From Octopus vulgaris (taxonomy: Eukaryota), in the NCBI GenBank assembly GCA_951406725.2, contig OX597830.1:49910001-49974000 (forward strand): a stretch of 64,000 nucleotides of DNA, given 5' to 3'. Both the position numbers and the translations under genes were made by a program. Positions 22,655-36,034 of this stretch are shown here, in pieces. The first letter of the stretch is position 1. Each line of letters opens with the position of its first letter. Under the pieces are notes generated by a model. It had not been told where the DNA came from. It saw nothing but the letters and a program-made list of their open reading frames with translations, and ran no database searches.

Positions 22655-23477
22655 GTAAGTGCTATGCACGAAACCCTCACTTTGCTGACTGGAAATAAAA
22701 ATTGTACCCAGGTACAACACCGACTTTCTGGACACTGGTGATCGGGAATCTCTTATATTCCACATTAATTCCCATGGCCCCAGACTGGTTTATTGCTGCT
22801 TTGCTCAGTATAGTATTAATAAACTTGTAACATTGGTACTAACGTTCAGGTACTAGTATTTTATTTAATTTTTAAAGTAAATTAACATTTTTTTTAGTTA
22901 ATGCATGAGCTGGCAGAATCTTCAGCGCACCAGGCAAAATGCTTGACGGCATTTCATCCGTCTTCATGTTCTAAGATTAAATTCCGCCGAGGTCGGCTTC
23001 GCATCCATCCCTTTTGTGGTCAATAAAATAGGTACCAGTTGGGTACTCAGATTGATGTAATCGACTTACCCCTACTCCTTGTGCCAAAATTTTGAAATCA
23101 ATATTTGTTTAATTTATAATTTGTTGATCAATGTGACCGTTCTTGTTTTGGAAAAGGCTCTGGAACCAACAGTTCAGGAAAATATAAAGATTTTCAAAAG
23201 ACATGACTAGATTACATACCGGCTCCCCTCCCTCAGCAATGCATAATGGACCAGTCTAATAATGCCATGCTGTTAATATTTTTTTAACACAGCTACTCAA
23301 TATCTCGACTTAAATATCTTTCTTAGACCATCTTCACTAACTCCATAAAACCATTCACTTTTATCATGAATTGTTTTTGTTCATTCTCCAAAAAGTAATG
23401 GTTTGCAGTGCCATATATGATTACCATTTATTTTATTATTATTTTTATTTATTTATTTGAAAATTCTACTCTATCTT

Positions 23478-23785
23478 AGGTGTGGTAAGAAGCTTGCTTC
23501 CCAACCACTCAGTTCCGGATTCAGTCCCACTGTGTGGCACCTTGGGGAAGTGTCTTCTACTATAGCCTCGATCAGACCAAAGCCTTGTGAGTCCACCACC
23601 ACTTGACATCCGGTGTCAGTGTTTGCATCTCCGTAACTTAGCAGTTCAGTAAAAGAGATCGATAAAATAAGTACCAGGTTTATAGAAAATGTACTGCGGT
23701 TGATTCATTCGACTAAAAAATTTTCTTCAGAATGGTGCCCCAGCATGATTAAAGTCTAACGACTGAAACAAGTAAAAGAAAAGAT
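23478..23785 (+). mobile_element. SINE family B (internally deleted)
   Basis: Head, CORE-like segment and tail all recognisable. Confidence 0.8.
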
Positions 23786-24722
23786 AAATATTAAATATAT
23801 TCACTTTTTCCTTCAAAAATAAGAAGAAAAAACATTAACTATGGGACTTAGGTTATATAAGATAGCCAACTTAGCATCTGTACACAAGTATGCAACTCGC
23901 CCCAATTTGCTTCCTCGTGACTTTCAGAGAAATGGTTATTTTTTTTTTAATGGAATTTTCTACAAATATCTTTTTAATGGTGTATATTACGATTACATCA
24001 GAATTTGTACTGAAAATTTTTTCGGGGCAGTTGGCCAAGGGTTTTCGATAATTTACATGTGTCAGTTTTTTTTCATCCTAACTTTTTAAAAAATGGTAGT
24101 TTTCATCCTAACTTTTTAAAAAATGGTAGTTTTTAATGAAATTTTCTACAAGGAAATTTCAAATGGTATAGATTCCGATTATATTGGAATTTAATATGAA
24201 AAAAATGGTAGGACCGCACGCATACATAATGACATACATCAAAATTTTTCTTTACATTTCAAGCCTTATTTTATAGATATATGTACGTATGTGTGTGTGC
24301 GTGTGTGTGTATGTATGTGTGTGAGTGTAGGTTTGATGCGTATGAGTATGCATGTATACACACCCACCATGTTTTCAAATTAAGTTCTGATATAATCATT
24401 GTCTACCCCATCTAAAAGCTAACTATCGATAATTCCATTAAAAAAATACTATTTTTTCTTAAAGTGATGATGAAACAAAGTCAGGTCGTGGGGGTGGGGC
24501 ACAGTTGTGTATGTATGTAGACTAAGTTTGCAATGTTATGTTTCAGCCGTCTGTACATTTTGAGTTCAAATTCCACCAAGGTCCACTTTGCCTTTTATCT
24601 TTCGGAGTCAATAAAATAAGTACCAGTTGAATACTGGGGGCGATGTATTCAACCTGCCTCCTTTCCTGAAATTGCTCACCTTGTGCCAAAATTTGAAACC
24701 GGTTTTACTATACTTTAATATA

Positions 24723-24952
24723 TCTTTCTTTACTACCCACAAGGGACTAAACACAGAGAGGACAAACAATGACAGACAAACAGATTAAGTCGATTATATC
24801 GACCCCAGTACGTAACTGGTACTTATTTAATCGACCCCGAAAGGATGAAAGGCAAAGTCGACCTCGGCGGAATTTGAACTCAGAACGTAACGGCAGACGA
24901 AATACCGATAAGCATTTCGCCCGGCGTGCTAACGATTCTGCCAGCTCGCCGC
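24723..24952 (-). mobile_element. Young SINE family A with TSD
   Basis: TSD ctatactttaatata at 24708-24722 and 24953-24967. Confidence 0.9.
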
Positions 24953-25756
24953 CTATACTTTAATATAACTATCCTTCAGTTATTTTAAACACAGTATTAT
25001 AATTATAGCACCAAAAAGCGAGGGAATTGTTTTTTTCTTTATTCCATAAATCTAACCAATTCTATGTCTCACGACATTTAATTATTTTTTTCTAAAATTA
25101 CTCAATGCGAACCTCCAGAGAAAATATTTGACAGTTTCTAGAGCTGCATTGAATAACAATATTCTATTGTCATCTTGTCACCTACCTTCATATATTTTTA
25201 TAACTTTGTTATAAATACTGCTTCTGTATATCTTATTAGATGGCTTTTAATTAATTACTATCACTTTCTTGTTGCTGTAGTAGTTCTTTATATCAAAGAT
25301 GTTCTAGTTGTGGTCGTTCTGATCTTTTTTCTATACATTCGGAGCATATTAGGACTATAGTGTTTGCTCTTTTCCAGAATATGGTGCCATTTGAGGAATA
25401 GTTGGTTGCTATTTCTAGAAGGTCGAATAACTTGGTAGAGGCTTCACGTTCAGTGTATTTGTGAATCAAAATTATGTCACACCAATATTTGTATTGAACA
25501 CTAGAGGTCTGTTGCACCTCAACAACAAAACAAAAATATCTTCCCTGAGAGACCTAGGTGCTGTAAGCATTTCTTCTTTAGGTGCAGGAGTGGCTGTGTG
25601 GCAAGAAGCTCGCTTTCTAACCACATGGTTCCAGGTTCTATGCCACTCCGTGACACCATGAGAAAGTGTCTTCTACTATAGCCTCAGGCCGACCAAAGTC
25701 TTCTGGATGGATTTGGTAGACAGAAACAGAAAGACGCCTGACGTGTATATATATAT

Positions 25757-26445
25757 ATTTATATATTCATAAATGAGGGTGAAAAATTAGATATTAATTT
25801 AATAATACCGTCAGTTTAACATCAAGTGGCCTAGAATATAAAAAACCAGGGACACAGTACAAATTTATACATAAATATAAGAGAGTTAACGTTAAGTGGT
25901 TAACTCTAGTGCTAGAAATAGCTCCTTATTCTGGTATAGCCACCGAGGTTGTTTCCACAGAAGAAACAACATTACCTTCAACGTAAGGGAAGCGAAATAC
26001 AACGAAAAGGTAGATTAATGCTGAACAATTGTTTCTTTATCAACATAATATGCAATTATACTCACATATTTGTCTATAAGTCATCGGCAGCATTTGTCCT
26101 CGATACAATTTATCAGACCCTCACGGGCGATAAATACCCCTGCGGTCTGATCGATTGCATACATAGTTGTGGTTTAGCCTCCCGCCAAAAGCATGCTAAG
26201 ACTCAGTGGAAACCAATACCGCATACAATATTTGCTGCAGCATATTTAATTTATAAATTCATATATGAGGATGAAAAATTAGATATTAATTTAATAATAC
26301 CGTCAGTTTAACACCAAGTAGCCTAGCACATAAAAAACCAGGGAGACAGTATAAATTTATACATAAATATAAGAGAGTTAACGTTAAGTGGTTAACTCTA
26401 GTGCTAGAAATAGCTCCTTATTCTGGTATAGCCACCGAAGTTGTT
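25757..26445. repeat. ~197 bp direct repeat pair around an HHR-bearing insert
   Basis: 25757-25953 and 26249-26445 align with few substitutions. Confidence 0.9.
26017..26094 (-). ncRNA. Type I hammerhead with U4C core (CCGAUGA)
   Basis: Minus strand: aatgctg CCGATGA cttat.aca.aatatgtga(loop)ttgcatatt.tgt.ataaa GAA acaattgt T cagcatt. 7 bp stem I, perfect palindromic helix III, GUU triplet. Confidence 0.75.
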
Positions 26446-27194
26446 AGTTCCCCTGCATTAATAATTTACGTCATATTTATAATTAAGAGACATTTTTGGC
26501 AACGCCAAATTTTAGTTTAACGGTTAAAATTTCACTTTGCAACGTTATGATACATATTTCTACTTATAAGTCCTAAAATTACTATTTACATATTAATTTA
26601 AAGTAATGGAATTCTTGTAACAATAAATTTGTAGTTAATTTCTAATATGGTTTTAGTATAATTTTAGTCTAGTATAATTTTAATTCCAAATTTGTAAATT
26701 AGAAATTTTAAATTGTGAGTTTAATTTTTAGTTTAACGTCTAAAATTCCATTTAACTGAAATAAGATGAATAACGTTTTTACTTTTCATAAAAACCAGTA
26801 AATTCTATCTAATTACTTATTTATCTAAATAAATTAAGCACAGAAATTAATTTTTTCCTTCATATATATATTTTTCTATTTTTTCCTATTTTTAATATTT
26901 GAAGTATTTTTATAATTATCTCCCCTACACCGGAAATCTTAAATAGAGGATAGTATTTTCTTTGGTACTGGTATTCAATAATTAAGAATTATCTCTCCTA
27001 CATTGGAAATCATATAAATAAAGGACATAAGTTCAGTAGCCATCTTGAATTTGCGGAGTTAGTTGGTGCTCATCAATAAGATAAGTCATGCTCTTACTTT
27101 TCTTTAATACTGTTAAATCTTATCAATTGTTTATAAATGTATAGTGTAATTATAACGTCTTCATTTATGTTGTAAATTTATTTTATGTTTTTGT

Positions 27195-27301
27195 GACCTG
27201 AAGAGTGGCTATATATCGTTGGATCAAAGAAATATTAATTTTTCAGATTATCGGTTTTGATATTGTAGATTTGTATACTTAGTCATGAAATGCGCGTCGT
27301 C
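27195..27301 (+). ncRNA. Type I hammerhead motif
   Basis: gac CTGAAGA gtggcta...tagtcat GAAA tgcgcg TC gtc; 7 bp helix II base, near-palindromic helix III, GUC triplet. Confidence 0.75.
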
Positions 27302-27366
27302 CTCGTGTGTACCGTTGGCGATTTTTTTCCTCTGTCTTCCCTTCTCTGGATCTTTCCTTATCCTAT

Positions 27367-27401
27367 GTTTCCGAAGAAGAGCTCCGCTCGAAACGTTAAA
27401 C
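27367..27401 (+). ncRNA. Minimal 35 nt hammerhead with U4C core (CCGAAGA)
   Basis: gttt CCGAAGA a gagc-tcc-gctc GAA acgt T aaac; helix III reduced to the acgt palindrome. Confidence 0.7.
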
Positions 27402-27543
27402 CCTCCTTCTTTCCTGAGCGTCCAATAATACTATATTTGTTCCACGTCCTCGCGTTGTTGTGTTTTTTTTTTTGTGCTTTCTTGTTTGGATTAACTATAT
27501 ATATATATATGCATGTATTTGTGTGTCTGTAGTTGTCCTCACC

Positions 27544-27684
27544 GGTACTACTTAAGAAGAGTGGTCCCGGTGCGCGCACTCGCGTACTCTCGCATCCGCA
27601 CTAGCTAGTCGTGACTAGTCGATCCTACAACGACTACCTAGCAAAGTAAATAAAACACCGGGACCACACTTCTTAAGTAGTACC
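27544..27684. mobile_element. Merlin-like MITE
   Basis: 29 bp TIRs ggtactacttaagaagagtggtcccggtg/caccgggaccacacttcttaagtagtacc starting GGTAC; 9 bp TSD gtcctcacc/gtcctcact. Confidence 0.85.
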
Positions 27685-27885
27685 GTCCTCACTATTGCTT
27701 GACAAGCGATGTTGGGGTGTTTACGTTTCTGTAACTTAACGGTCCAGCTAAAGAGACTAATAGAATAAGTACTAAGCTTACAAAGAATGAGTCCCAGGGT
27801 TGATGTATTCGACTAAAGGCAGTGATCCAGCATGGTCACAGCCAAATGAATATGAAGGAAACAAGTAAAAGAATAAAAGGAAAGA

Positions 27886-27918
<33 letters not shown>

Positions 27919-29278
27919 TACGTATATATGTATGTAATTGTATGTATATATATGTGTATGAGTATATATATATATATGTGTATATGTACATGCACAACAA
28001 GCTTCTTTCAGTTTCCCTCTACCAATTCTACTCATAAAGCTTTGATCAGATGTCATGCAGTGAGATTGAACCCAGAACCATGTTGTTGGGAATTAAACTT
28101 CTCAACACACAGCCACACCTGTGCAATATAAATTGCTTGGTTAATGATAAGTTTAACGTACAAATATACAAATTAAGATCCAATTGCTCTGAGTTGACTC
28201 ATATCCTGTAAATGAAACTGGGTTAATAGAAACTTCAGAAGCCTGTCAATTAGCCTGTACCTTTAGCAGGCCCAATTCTGCTGTGATCATGTGTGCCAGG
28301 TCTGAGAATAATACAAGCATATTGTTCTTTAATTGTTCCTTCTATTAGTTTTTGGAGAGTCATGGGAGTTGTTTTTCTTTCTTTAGTTCAAACCCATACA
28401 AAACCTCCCAGGCAATGCTAGATATATTCTCAAATAATTATAACCCGACAAAGTTCTTTACTTTTAACAAGTATTGGATTTCCATATATCTTTTCTCCAT
28501 GTCTGTCTCTTAGATCTGCAAGAATGAACGAGAAATGTCTTTCCCAGTTACCAGAATAATTCCAAGCATGCTATAATTAAAGCCATCAATTATTTTGAAA
28601 GTGAATCCTGCAAATTCAGTCTGCCAAATTTGGAACATTTTGATAAAAAAATTTGTGGTTTGGGATTGGAAATGAAGAATATTTTATTAAGCATTACAGA
28701 ATTATATTTTGCCAGACAGCAAAGGTGTTGTGGGAATTAAAATGCCAAAAAATTGAAATTCTTTTTGTCTTTTGAAAACTCGAAATTCCTAAAACATACC
28801 AAGCCAATATGCTATGAGATTTTAGTATGTCATGCACAAAAGAAATGTTTGAATAATGTGTCCCATTCTAACAATTATAAAGTTCAGAAAACAATGAATG
28901 ATTGTGTCACGCTGTACATAGAGACGTAATTATAGAAAGAAGAGGGGTAAATGAACAGTGCCTGTACACTGCAGAATACATGAATGGCCTCCACATACAG
29001 TGGGATAAATTATTAATAGACTCTGCCCATAGCTGGATGAATAAACAGTTCTGCACAGTGTGAGATTAATGAATGGTCCCCACACATGGCAGGATAAAAT
29101 GAAAGTTAAAACTGTGGCCATTCCAACAGTGTCACTTTAATTCTAATGGAACAACACACTGTAGTTTATGTTTTCATATTTTGGTACAACTTTATTTCTT
29201 TCAATTAACAACAGTATGGGACTGGCACAATGGGGAGCTGACAACACATCAAAAGCAACTGTTTCATTACAGATATAT

Positions 29279-29531
29279 CAGTGGTTCTCAACTGGGGGCT
29301 CTATGGCCCTTGAGGAGTCCATATAAGATTTTGTTGTTAAAATTTATATGCAATAATAGGCACAGGAGTGGCTGTGTGGTAAGTAGCTTGCTTACAAACC
29401 ACTTGGTTCTGGGTTCAGTCCCACTGCGTGGCACCTTGGGCAAGTGTCTTCTACTATAGCCTCAGGCTGGCCAAAGCCTTGTGAGTGGATTTGGTAGATG
29501 GAAACTGAAAGAAGCCTGTCGTATATACGTA

Positions 29532-29580
<49 letters not shown>

Positions 29581-29630
29581 ATATATATATGTATGTGTGT
29601 GTGCATATGTTTGTGTGTCTGTGTTTGCTT
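29279..29630 (+). mobile_element. hAT-Charlie-like end (29279-29355) followed by a family B SINE (29358-29630)
   Basis: cagtggttctcaac terminus related to 42883-43138, then a SINE B head with (TA)n. Confidence 0.7.
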
Positions 29631-30344
29631 ACTTGTGATACCATAGTTTCACTTTAAGGATGCTTATTTACCCATCCATTATGATATTTCGACTCTTGTC
29701 CATTGTTTCGAATACTTTTTAGCATTGTCATTCTAGCCCCTTTTAAACAATCACATATGATTCGTCCCAAAGAATCATCCTTTGAATAAGAATTTTGCTT
29801 CCACAAGCAAAAGCTATACATATCTTTCAGAAAGCTCCATACCAATTTAACTTTATGCAACATTCACTGTTAGTTTATGTGCAGGCTATGTGGGAAGAAA
29901 GAATAAAGGGGCTTTTGTTAGCTTTTCTCTCTTCGAAAAAATAGCTTCCTTTGCTGTTGAATAAAATAAACTTGCAGGGGGGAAGTTTCTGTGTCTTCCT
30001 TCAATTTCTTTACACCATTTATGTGGCTGTTTCTGACAAGAAATTTCGCATTCATGTAAAACAACTATATTTTGTGGTCATTATCCATAATCTACTCCCC
30101 AAACACTTCAGTAGCTCTACTTTGCTTCACTTGCAAACTTATATGTTCTATGATCATTATAGTGCAACAACCTCCACAATAACCAGCCTTCAATTTCATT
30201 TTCCACTCCTAAGTTAATCGGAAAAAAATAGATTGCCATGCTACTCATAAACCTTGTACATTGTTCAATTATTTGGTGAAAAAAATACTACCAAAGCAAA
30301 ATAAGTTGTCTGAAAAATGGGTGCGGTTCATCAACATAAAAAAA

Positions 30345-30688
30345 AATCAAATGGAAATTGTAGTTGTGATACCTGTGCTGGTAGCACGTTAAAAGCACCA
30401 TCCATATGTGGCCGATGCTAGTGCTGCCTTGACTGGCATCTGTGCTGGTGGCACGTAAAAAGCACCAACCGATCGTGGCCATTGCCAGCCTCCCCTGGCA
30501 CCTGTGCCGGTGGCATATAAAAAACACCCACTACACTCACGGAGTGGTTGGCGTTAGGAAGGGCATCCAGCCATAGAAACACTGCCAGATCAGACTGGAG
30601 CTTGGTGCAGCCTCCATGGCTTCCAGACCCCGGTCAAACCATCCAACCCATGCTAGCATGGAAAACGGACGTTAAACAATGATGATGA
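30345..30688 (+). mobile_element. Non-coding retroposon family D with (GAT)n tail (probably RTE-associated)
   Basis: ggagtggttggcgttaggaagggcatccagc...ggacgttaaacaatgatgatga; paralogs at 35180-35460 (-), 43808-43968 and 45961-46571. Confidence 0.75.
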
Positions 30689-31969
30689 AATATATATATA
30701 CATACAACAAGCTTTTTCCATTTCCATCGTCCAAGACTATAGTAGAATACACTTTCCCATGGTACTACATAGTAGGACTGAACCCAGAACCATGTGGTTG
30801 GGAAGCAAACTTCTTACTATCAGCACAGATGCCAGTTGACTGTCATAATGAATTGGTAGAATGGAGAATAAAATGGTTGGTTGGATTTGAGTTATGTTCC
30901 TTTGAATTCAGTTCTTTCTGAGGTTGACTTTCTTTCAATCATGGAATGTCAATAAAAAAAAGCTGTTGTACCAGTCAAATACTGGGGTATAAATTAAATC
31001 AAGTATACACCCTTCTACAAGAAGGGTCATTGTAATAGATATTATCAGTTTCAATGTGGCACTGAGAGCAGAGAACTAGCAGAATCCTTAGCTCAGATAC
31101 AAGGCTTAGCTGCATTTCTTCCAGCACTTTTCATTCTAAGCTCAAATTCTACCGAGGTCAACTTGGCTTTTCCCCCTTTCAGGATCTATAAAACAAGGGC
31201 CTACCCTAAATTCACTGGCCTTTTGCCAAAATTTGACTTGTTTCTTACAGCCAATCTTTAATTGCAATTAACAGCCATTCCTCTTCCTGCAGGTAAATTG
31301 TATTTATCTTGGCAAAGGTGAGGTGTCAGTTGCCTCAGCTGCAATAAATGAGAGCAAAAACAATGATGGGGCTGCTGTGTGAGCAATGGATCTGCTAAAA
31401 ATGGCAACTAAATTCCTCTTATAACCTCAATAAAAGAACATTACATACTGTAATTCTACATACTTCTGAAAAGAGCTGATCTTGATCAAAATGTCTGCTG
31501 GATCAAAACTGTCCTGGAGCTAAAAACCAATATCAAACACTGAAGACTAGAGCCTTTATGTGGTCGATGGAGAATCTAGAAATAGCAGTCAAATCTCCTT
31601 CACATTACATCTTGTAAACTCAGAACTAGGATAATGGATCCTGCAGTTCAGGTTCAAGTACACTCTTTATGATGAAGTGGGAAGGTCACAACTGCAATGT
31701 CTTTGACCATTGGTCTGCTTGGATCAGAGATCAGCTGAAGTTGTATAACACCATAAAATACATGTACATGCACACACGTGTATTCATGCACGCACACATG
31801 CTTATTCACAAACACTTCCAAACACTCACAAACAGATGTTTATACACTTACCCATTTACACACATGCATGTTCATGTGTACTGACACACACACACACTCT
31901 CTCTCTCTCTCCCCCCCCCCCCACACACACAGTGCATGGGTGGGAGTAAATTACCACAACATGACTTCA

Positions 31970-32187
31970 AGGCGGTGAGCTGGCAGAAACGTTAGCACAC
32001 CGGACGAAATGCGTTGCCGTATTTCGTCTGCCGTTACGTTCCGAGTTCAAATTCCGCCAAGGTCGACTTTGCCTTTCATCCTTCCGGGGTCGATAAATTA
32101 AGTACCAGTTACGCACTGGGGTCGATGTAATCGACTTAATCCGTTTGTCTCCTCTGTGTTTAGCCCCTTGTGGGTAGTAAAGAAATA
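31970..32187 (+). mobile_element. SINE family A with 16 bp TSD
   Basis: TSD taccacaacatgactt/taccacaacacgactt. Confidence 0.9.
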
Positions 32188-32575
32188 TACCACAACACGA
32201 CTTTAGGAGTGTTGGAACCCTAATACTTGTCACAACACCAGTCTAGAAGAGGGGCTGAATAGAACCCCTTAACCAAGGTGGGCAGAACATGAGTGAATTC
32301 ATATGCACTGTCCTGCTACCTTCCGGATTCGACCAGGAAGATAAAAGTTGGAAGAGTCCATTGTGGCAAGCTTCAAGGTAGTTTCTGACAGACTGCTGCA
32401 GCTGCGCGGAGGCGTTAGTATTTGCTTGATATCATTGTCTCTGACTTGTATTTAGTGCTCTAGTATGGCCACAGACATCAAACAGAAGCTTAGTCAAAGA
32501 ATAAGTTTTGTATTTAGCAACATCTACATTCTTGAATGTGTATAATTGTATATATACAAATGCCTGTGTATGCAT

Positions 32576-32612
<37 letters not shown>

Positions 32613-32671
32613 CAGACACATACACATATATGCAAGTATATATAGTTGTATACCTAGACATCTATGTAAGA

Positions 32672-32702
<31 letters not shown>

Positions 32703-32992
32703 TATATATACACACATACACATATAAATAGGTCTACATATATATATATTAGTAGATATATATACACACAAACATACATACATATGTTTCGGTATACATA
32801 TATGTATATATATATATATATATAAATGTGTGTGCATATATATATATATAAGCATATATATATATGTGTATGTGAAAGGACCTGTTGCATGTATTGTTGC
32901 ACACAGCATTTGACAATGTATCAGTGTGTGCACACATACCTATATATACATGCATATACATGCAAACATATATATATATACATACATATATA

Positions 32993-33037
<45 letters not shown>

Positions 33038-33439
33038 TTGATGTGTAACTATTGATGTGAAAATGAAATATAGTGCCATCTAAAAGGTCGTAACTGGCTG
33101 ACATTTTACAGGATGACTTCCTGCGAAAGTCTTGTATGAAAGCCATCATCTCTGGCAGAATTAAATGGTCGTGTGTGATTCCTTAAACATGGCTGCCAAT
33201 CTATTTGTCGTCTGCCAATAGAGATTCGATTCTCTTCTGAATCCTTCGATCTCAGTTCGCATTGACCTTTTGCTGGTATATAAACAGTGCAGGGATATTT
33301 TTGTGCTTTATGTGGGTGTGTATATATGTGTGTGTATAAATTCAAATATGAATCTATGTTTATGTATGTCTCTATATATGTGTTTGCATACACACATATA
33401 CATACATACATATAGATATATATATATATATATATATTC

Positions 33440-33516
<77 letters not shown>

Positions 33517-33832
33517 CATATATATATGTATATATACACATATATATCTATTAATGTGTGTATGTATATATATATATATATACACACATACATACATACA
33601 TACACATACATACTGGTGTATGTATGTGTACCGACATATGTATATATGCATATATATATATATATTATGTGTGTGTTTGTATTAATGTGTGCTGTGTTTG
33701 TGTTCATATTTGATTTTGTTGGATCATGCATTTGTGTTGATGCAAACATACATAGGTATGTAGTGCATAAAATATCTATAAATATGAATACTGGAGTGTG
33801 TATGTATGTGTATACACTCCCACACACACACG

Positions 33833-33866
<34 letters not shown>

Positions 33867-34147
33867 ATAAATATATATATGTGTGTGTTTATGCATGTTC
33901 TCTATTGGCGTTAGTGCATATTTCTTTATGCGGGACATCTATATTGCCATGTACATGACTCTCAATATACATATACATACATACATATATATATACGTTG
34001 TGGTGCACCTGAGCACAGTATACAATAATTTCATTATTATTATTTTTTATATATATATATATGTATATATACATATATATATATATGTATATATACAAAT
34101 ATATACATACATATATATGTGTATATATACAAATATATACATACATA

Positions 34148-34201
<54 letters not shown>

Positions 34202-34408
34202 CATACATACACGCACACACGCACACACACATGCACACACATCCATTGTGTGTGTCTCTCACTCTTTATACATCTAAGTATGTATACCTGTGTTTCTGTA
34301 TGTATGTATGTTCATGTTGCTGAATGTATATATCTATTTACGTATATTTGCATTCCCCTGCATATGTATTGTATTCAGATCTCTCTGTATGTGTTGTTTG
34401 TGTGTGTG

Positions 34409-34447
<39 letters not shown>

Positions 34448-35179
34448 GTGTATGTATGTATGTATGTGTGCATTTGTGTTCATGTAACCATTTGCTAGTT
34501 ATTAACTTAAGTTTGACCTTTCTGCTTTTTATTTTCCAGCTAATTTTTTTTATGTTTTTCTTATCGAAATTTCGGGAAAATATCTTACCAAATCTTCTTC
34601 ATCTCTTGCCATTTCTTCGTTGATTCTAAACCTTGTCGATTCTTTCTGTCTTCTTCTTCCCATTGTCCATTCCTTCTTTGACCTTTCTCTTGTACAGCCA
34701 GAACTTGGCTGAAGACAGAGATGTTACGGTGAAGACAAGTTTGGAAGTTCTACCATTGGTTACATTCTTGCGTCTTTTCAAAATATTATTGATTCCACAT
34801 CAAGTTTTGCATCAAAGTACCATTGTCTGTAAAACTAATCTCTCTTTCTCTCTCTCACTCTCCCTCGTTATATATATATATATATGTGTATGTGTGTATG
34901 TATGTATGTATGCATATATATATATATATGTATATTGTATCTTTTACTGGCTTCAGTCATTGGACTGCAGCCATGGTGGGGGTTTTAGTCAGACTAATCA
35001 ACCCCAGGGTATATTTCTATGTCTGGTACTCATTTTTCAGCCTTATTTGCTGGGTCACTTAGTTATGGGGATGTAAGCAAACCAACATAGGTTGTCAAGC
35101 GATAATGGAGTGGGAACACAAAAACACATACACACATATATAAACATGTATGTGTATGTATGAGTATATATATACATAT

Positions 35180-35460
35180 ATCATCATAATCGTTTAATGT
35201 CCATTTTCCATGCTGGCATGGGTTGGATGGTTTGACAGGTGTCTGGGATGTTAGGAGGCTGTGCAGGCTCCAGTTTGATCAGGCAATGTTTCTACAGCTG
35301 GATGCCCTTCCTAACGCCAACCACTCTGTGAGTATAGTGGGTGCTTTTTACGTGCCACTGGCACAGGTGCCACAGGAGGCTGGCAAACGGCCACGATCGA
35401 TTGGTGCTTTTTATGTGCCACTGGCACAGAAGCCAGTCAAGGCGGCACTGGTATTAGCCC
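35180..35460 (-). mobile_element. Retroposon family D
   Basis: Reverse-complement match to 30345-30688. Confidence 0.75.
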
Positions 35461-35464
35461 ATTG

Positions 35465-35521
<57 letters not shown>

Positions 35522-36034
35522 CACATGAAAGGCTTCCATACGGTTTCCATCTACCAAAGCATTGATTGGCCTGTGGTACGGTACAAATGGAGTACTTTTC
35601 TCTTAATTAAGTTGGGCATGGCACAATGTGTAGAAGAGCTGATGGGAGAATGTGAGCAAAGAGGATGTGCTATAGACATTAGGTGCATGCACAAAGTAAT
35701 GGGCAAAGGGGGTAGGATCAGACATATCCCACTTTCTCTATAAGGCTTATGGGGGAAATTGAGTATCACCAGTTGACACTGTCCTTCATCAGTTGTAACA
35801 TCTTGAGATCATTTATCACCAACTTTTCATAAATCTTGGTTTCCCCTCTTCCACAGGCATAATTCACCTTGAGTACTCAGCATCTGTCATCTTCCATCTT
35901 ACCATTGCAGTTTCCCCTTTTGCAGGCTACATCTGATTCCCTGGGGTTCATTCATATTTCATCGTTAATGCACACAAACAAAACACAGTCAGCAAAGCAG
36001 GCTCCTCTCATTTCTTTCTAGTCTTTACAGTTTC

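Larger units (their letters stand above)
25580..27880 (+). mobile_element. SINE family B hosting nested PLE remnants and a MITE
   Basis: Head at 25580-25745 and tail at ~27510-27880, separated by ~1.75 kb inserted in the internal (TA)n. Confidence 0.75.

Noticed and set aside
32276-32323. Short hairpin aaggtgggcagaaca...tgtcctgctacctt as a pre-miRNA
   Set aside because: Only ~48 nt, bulged, with no lower stem.
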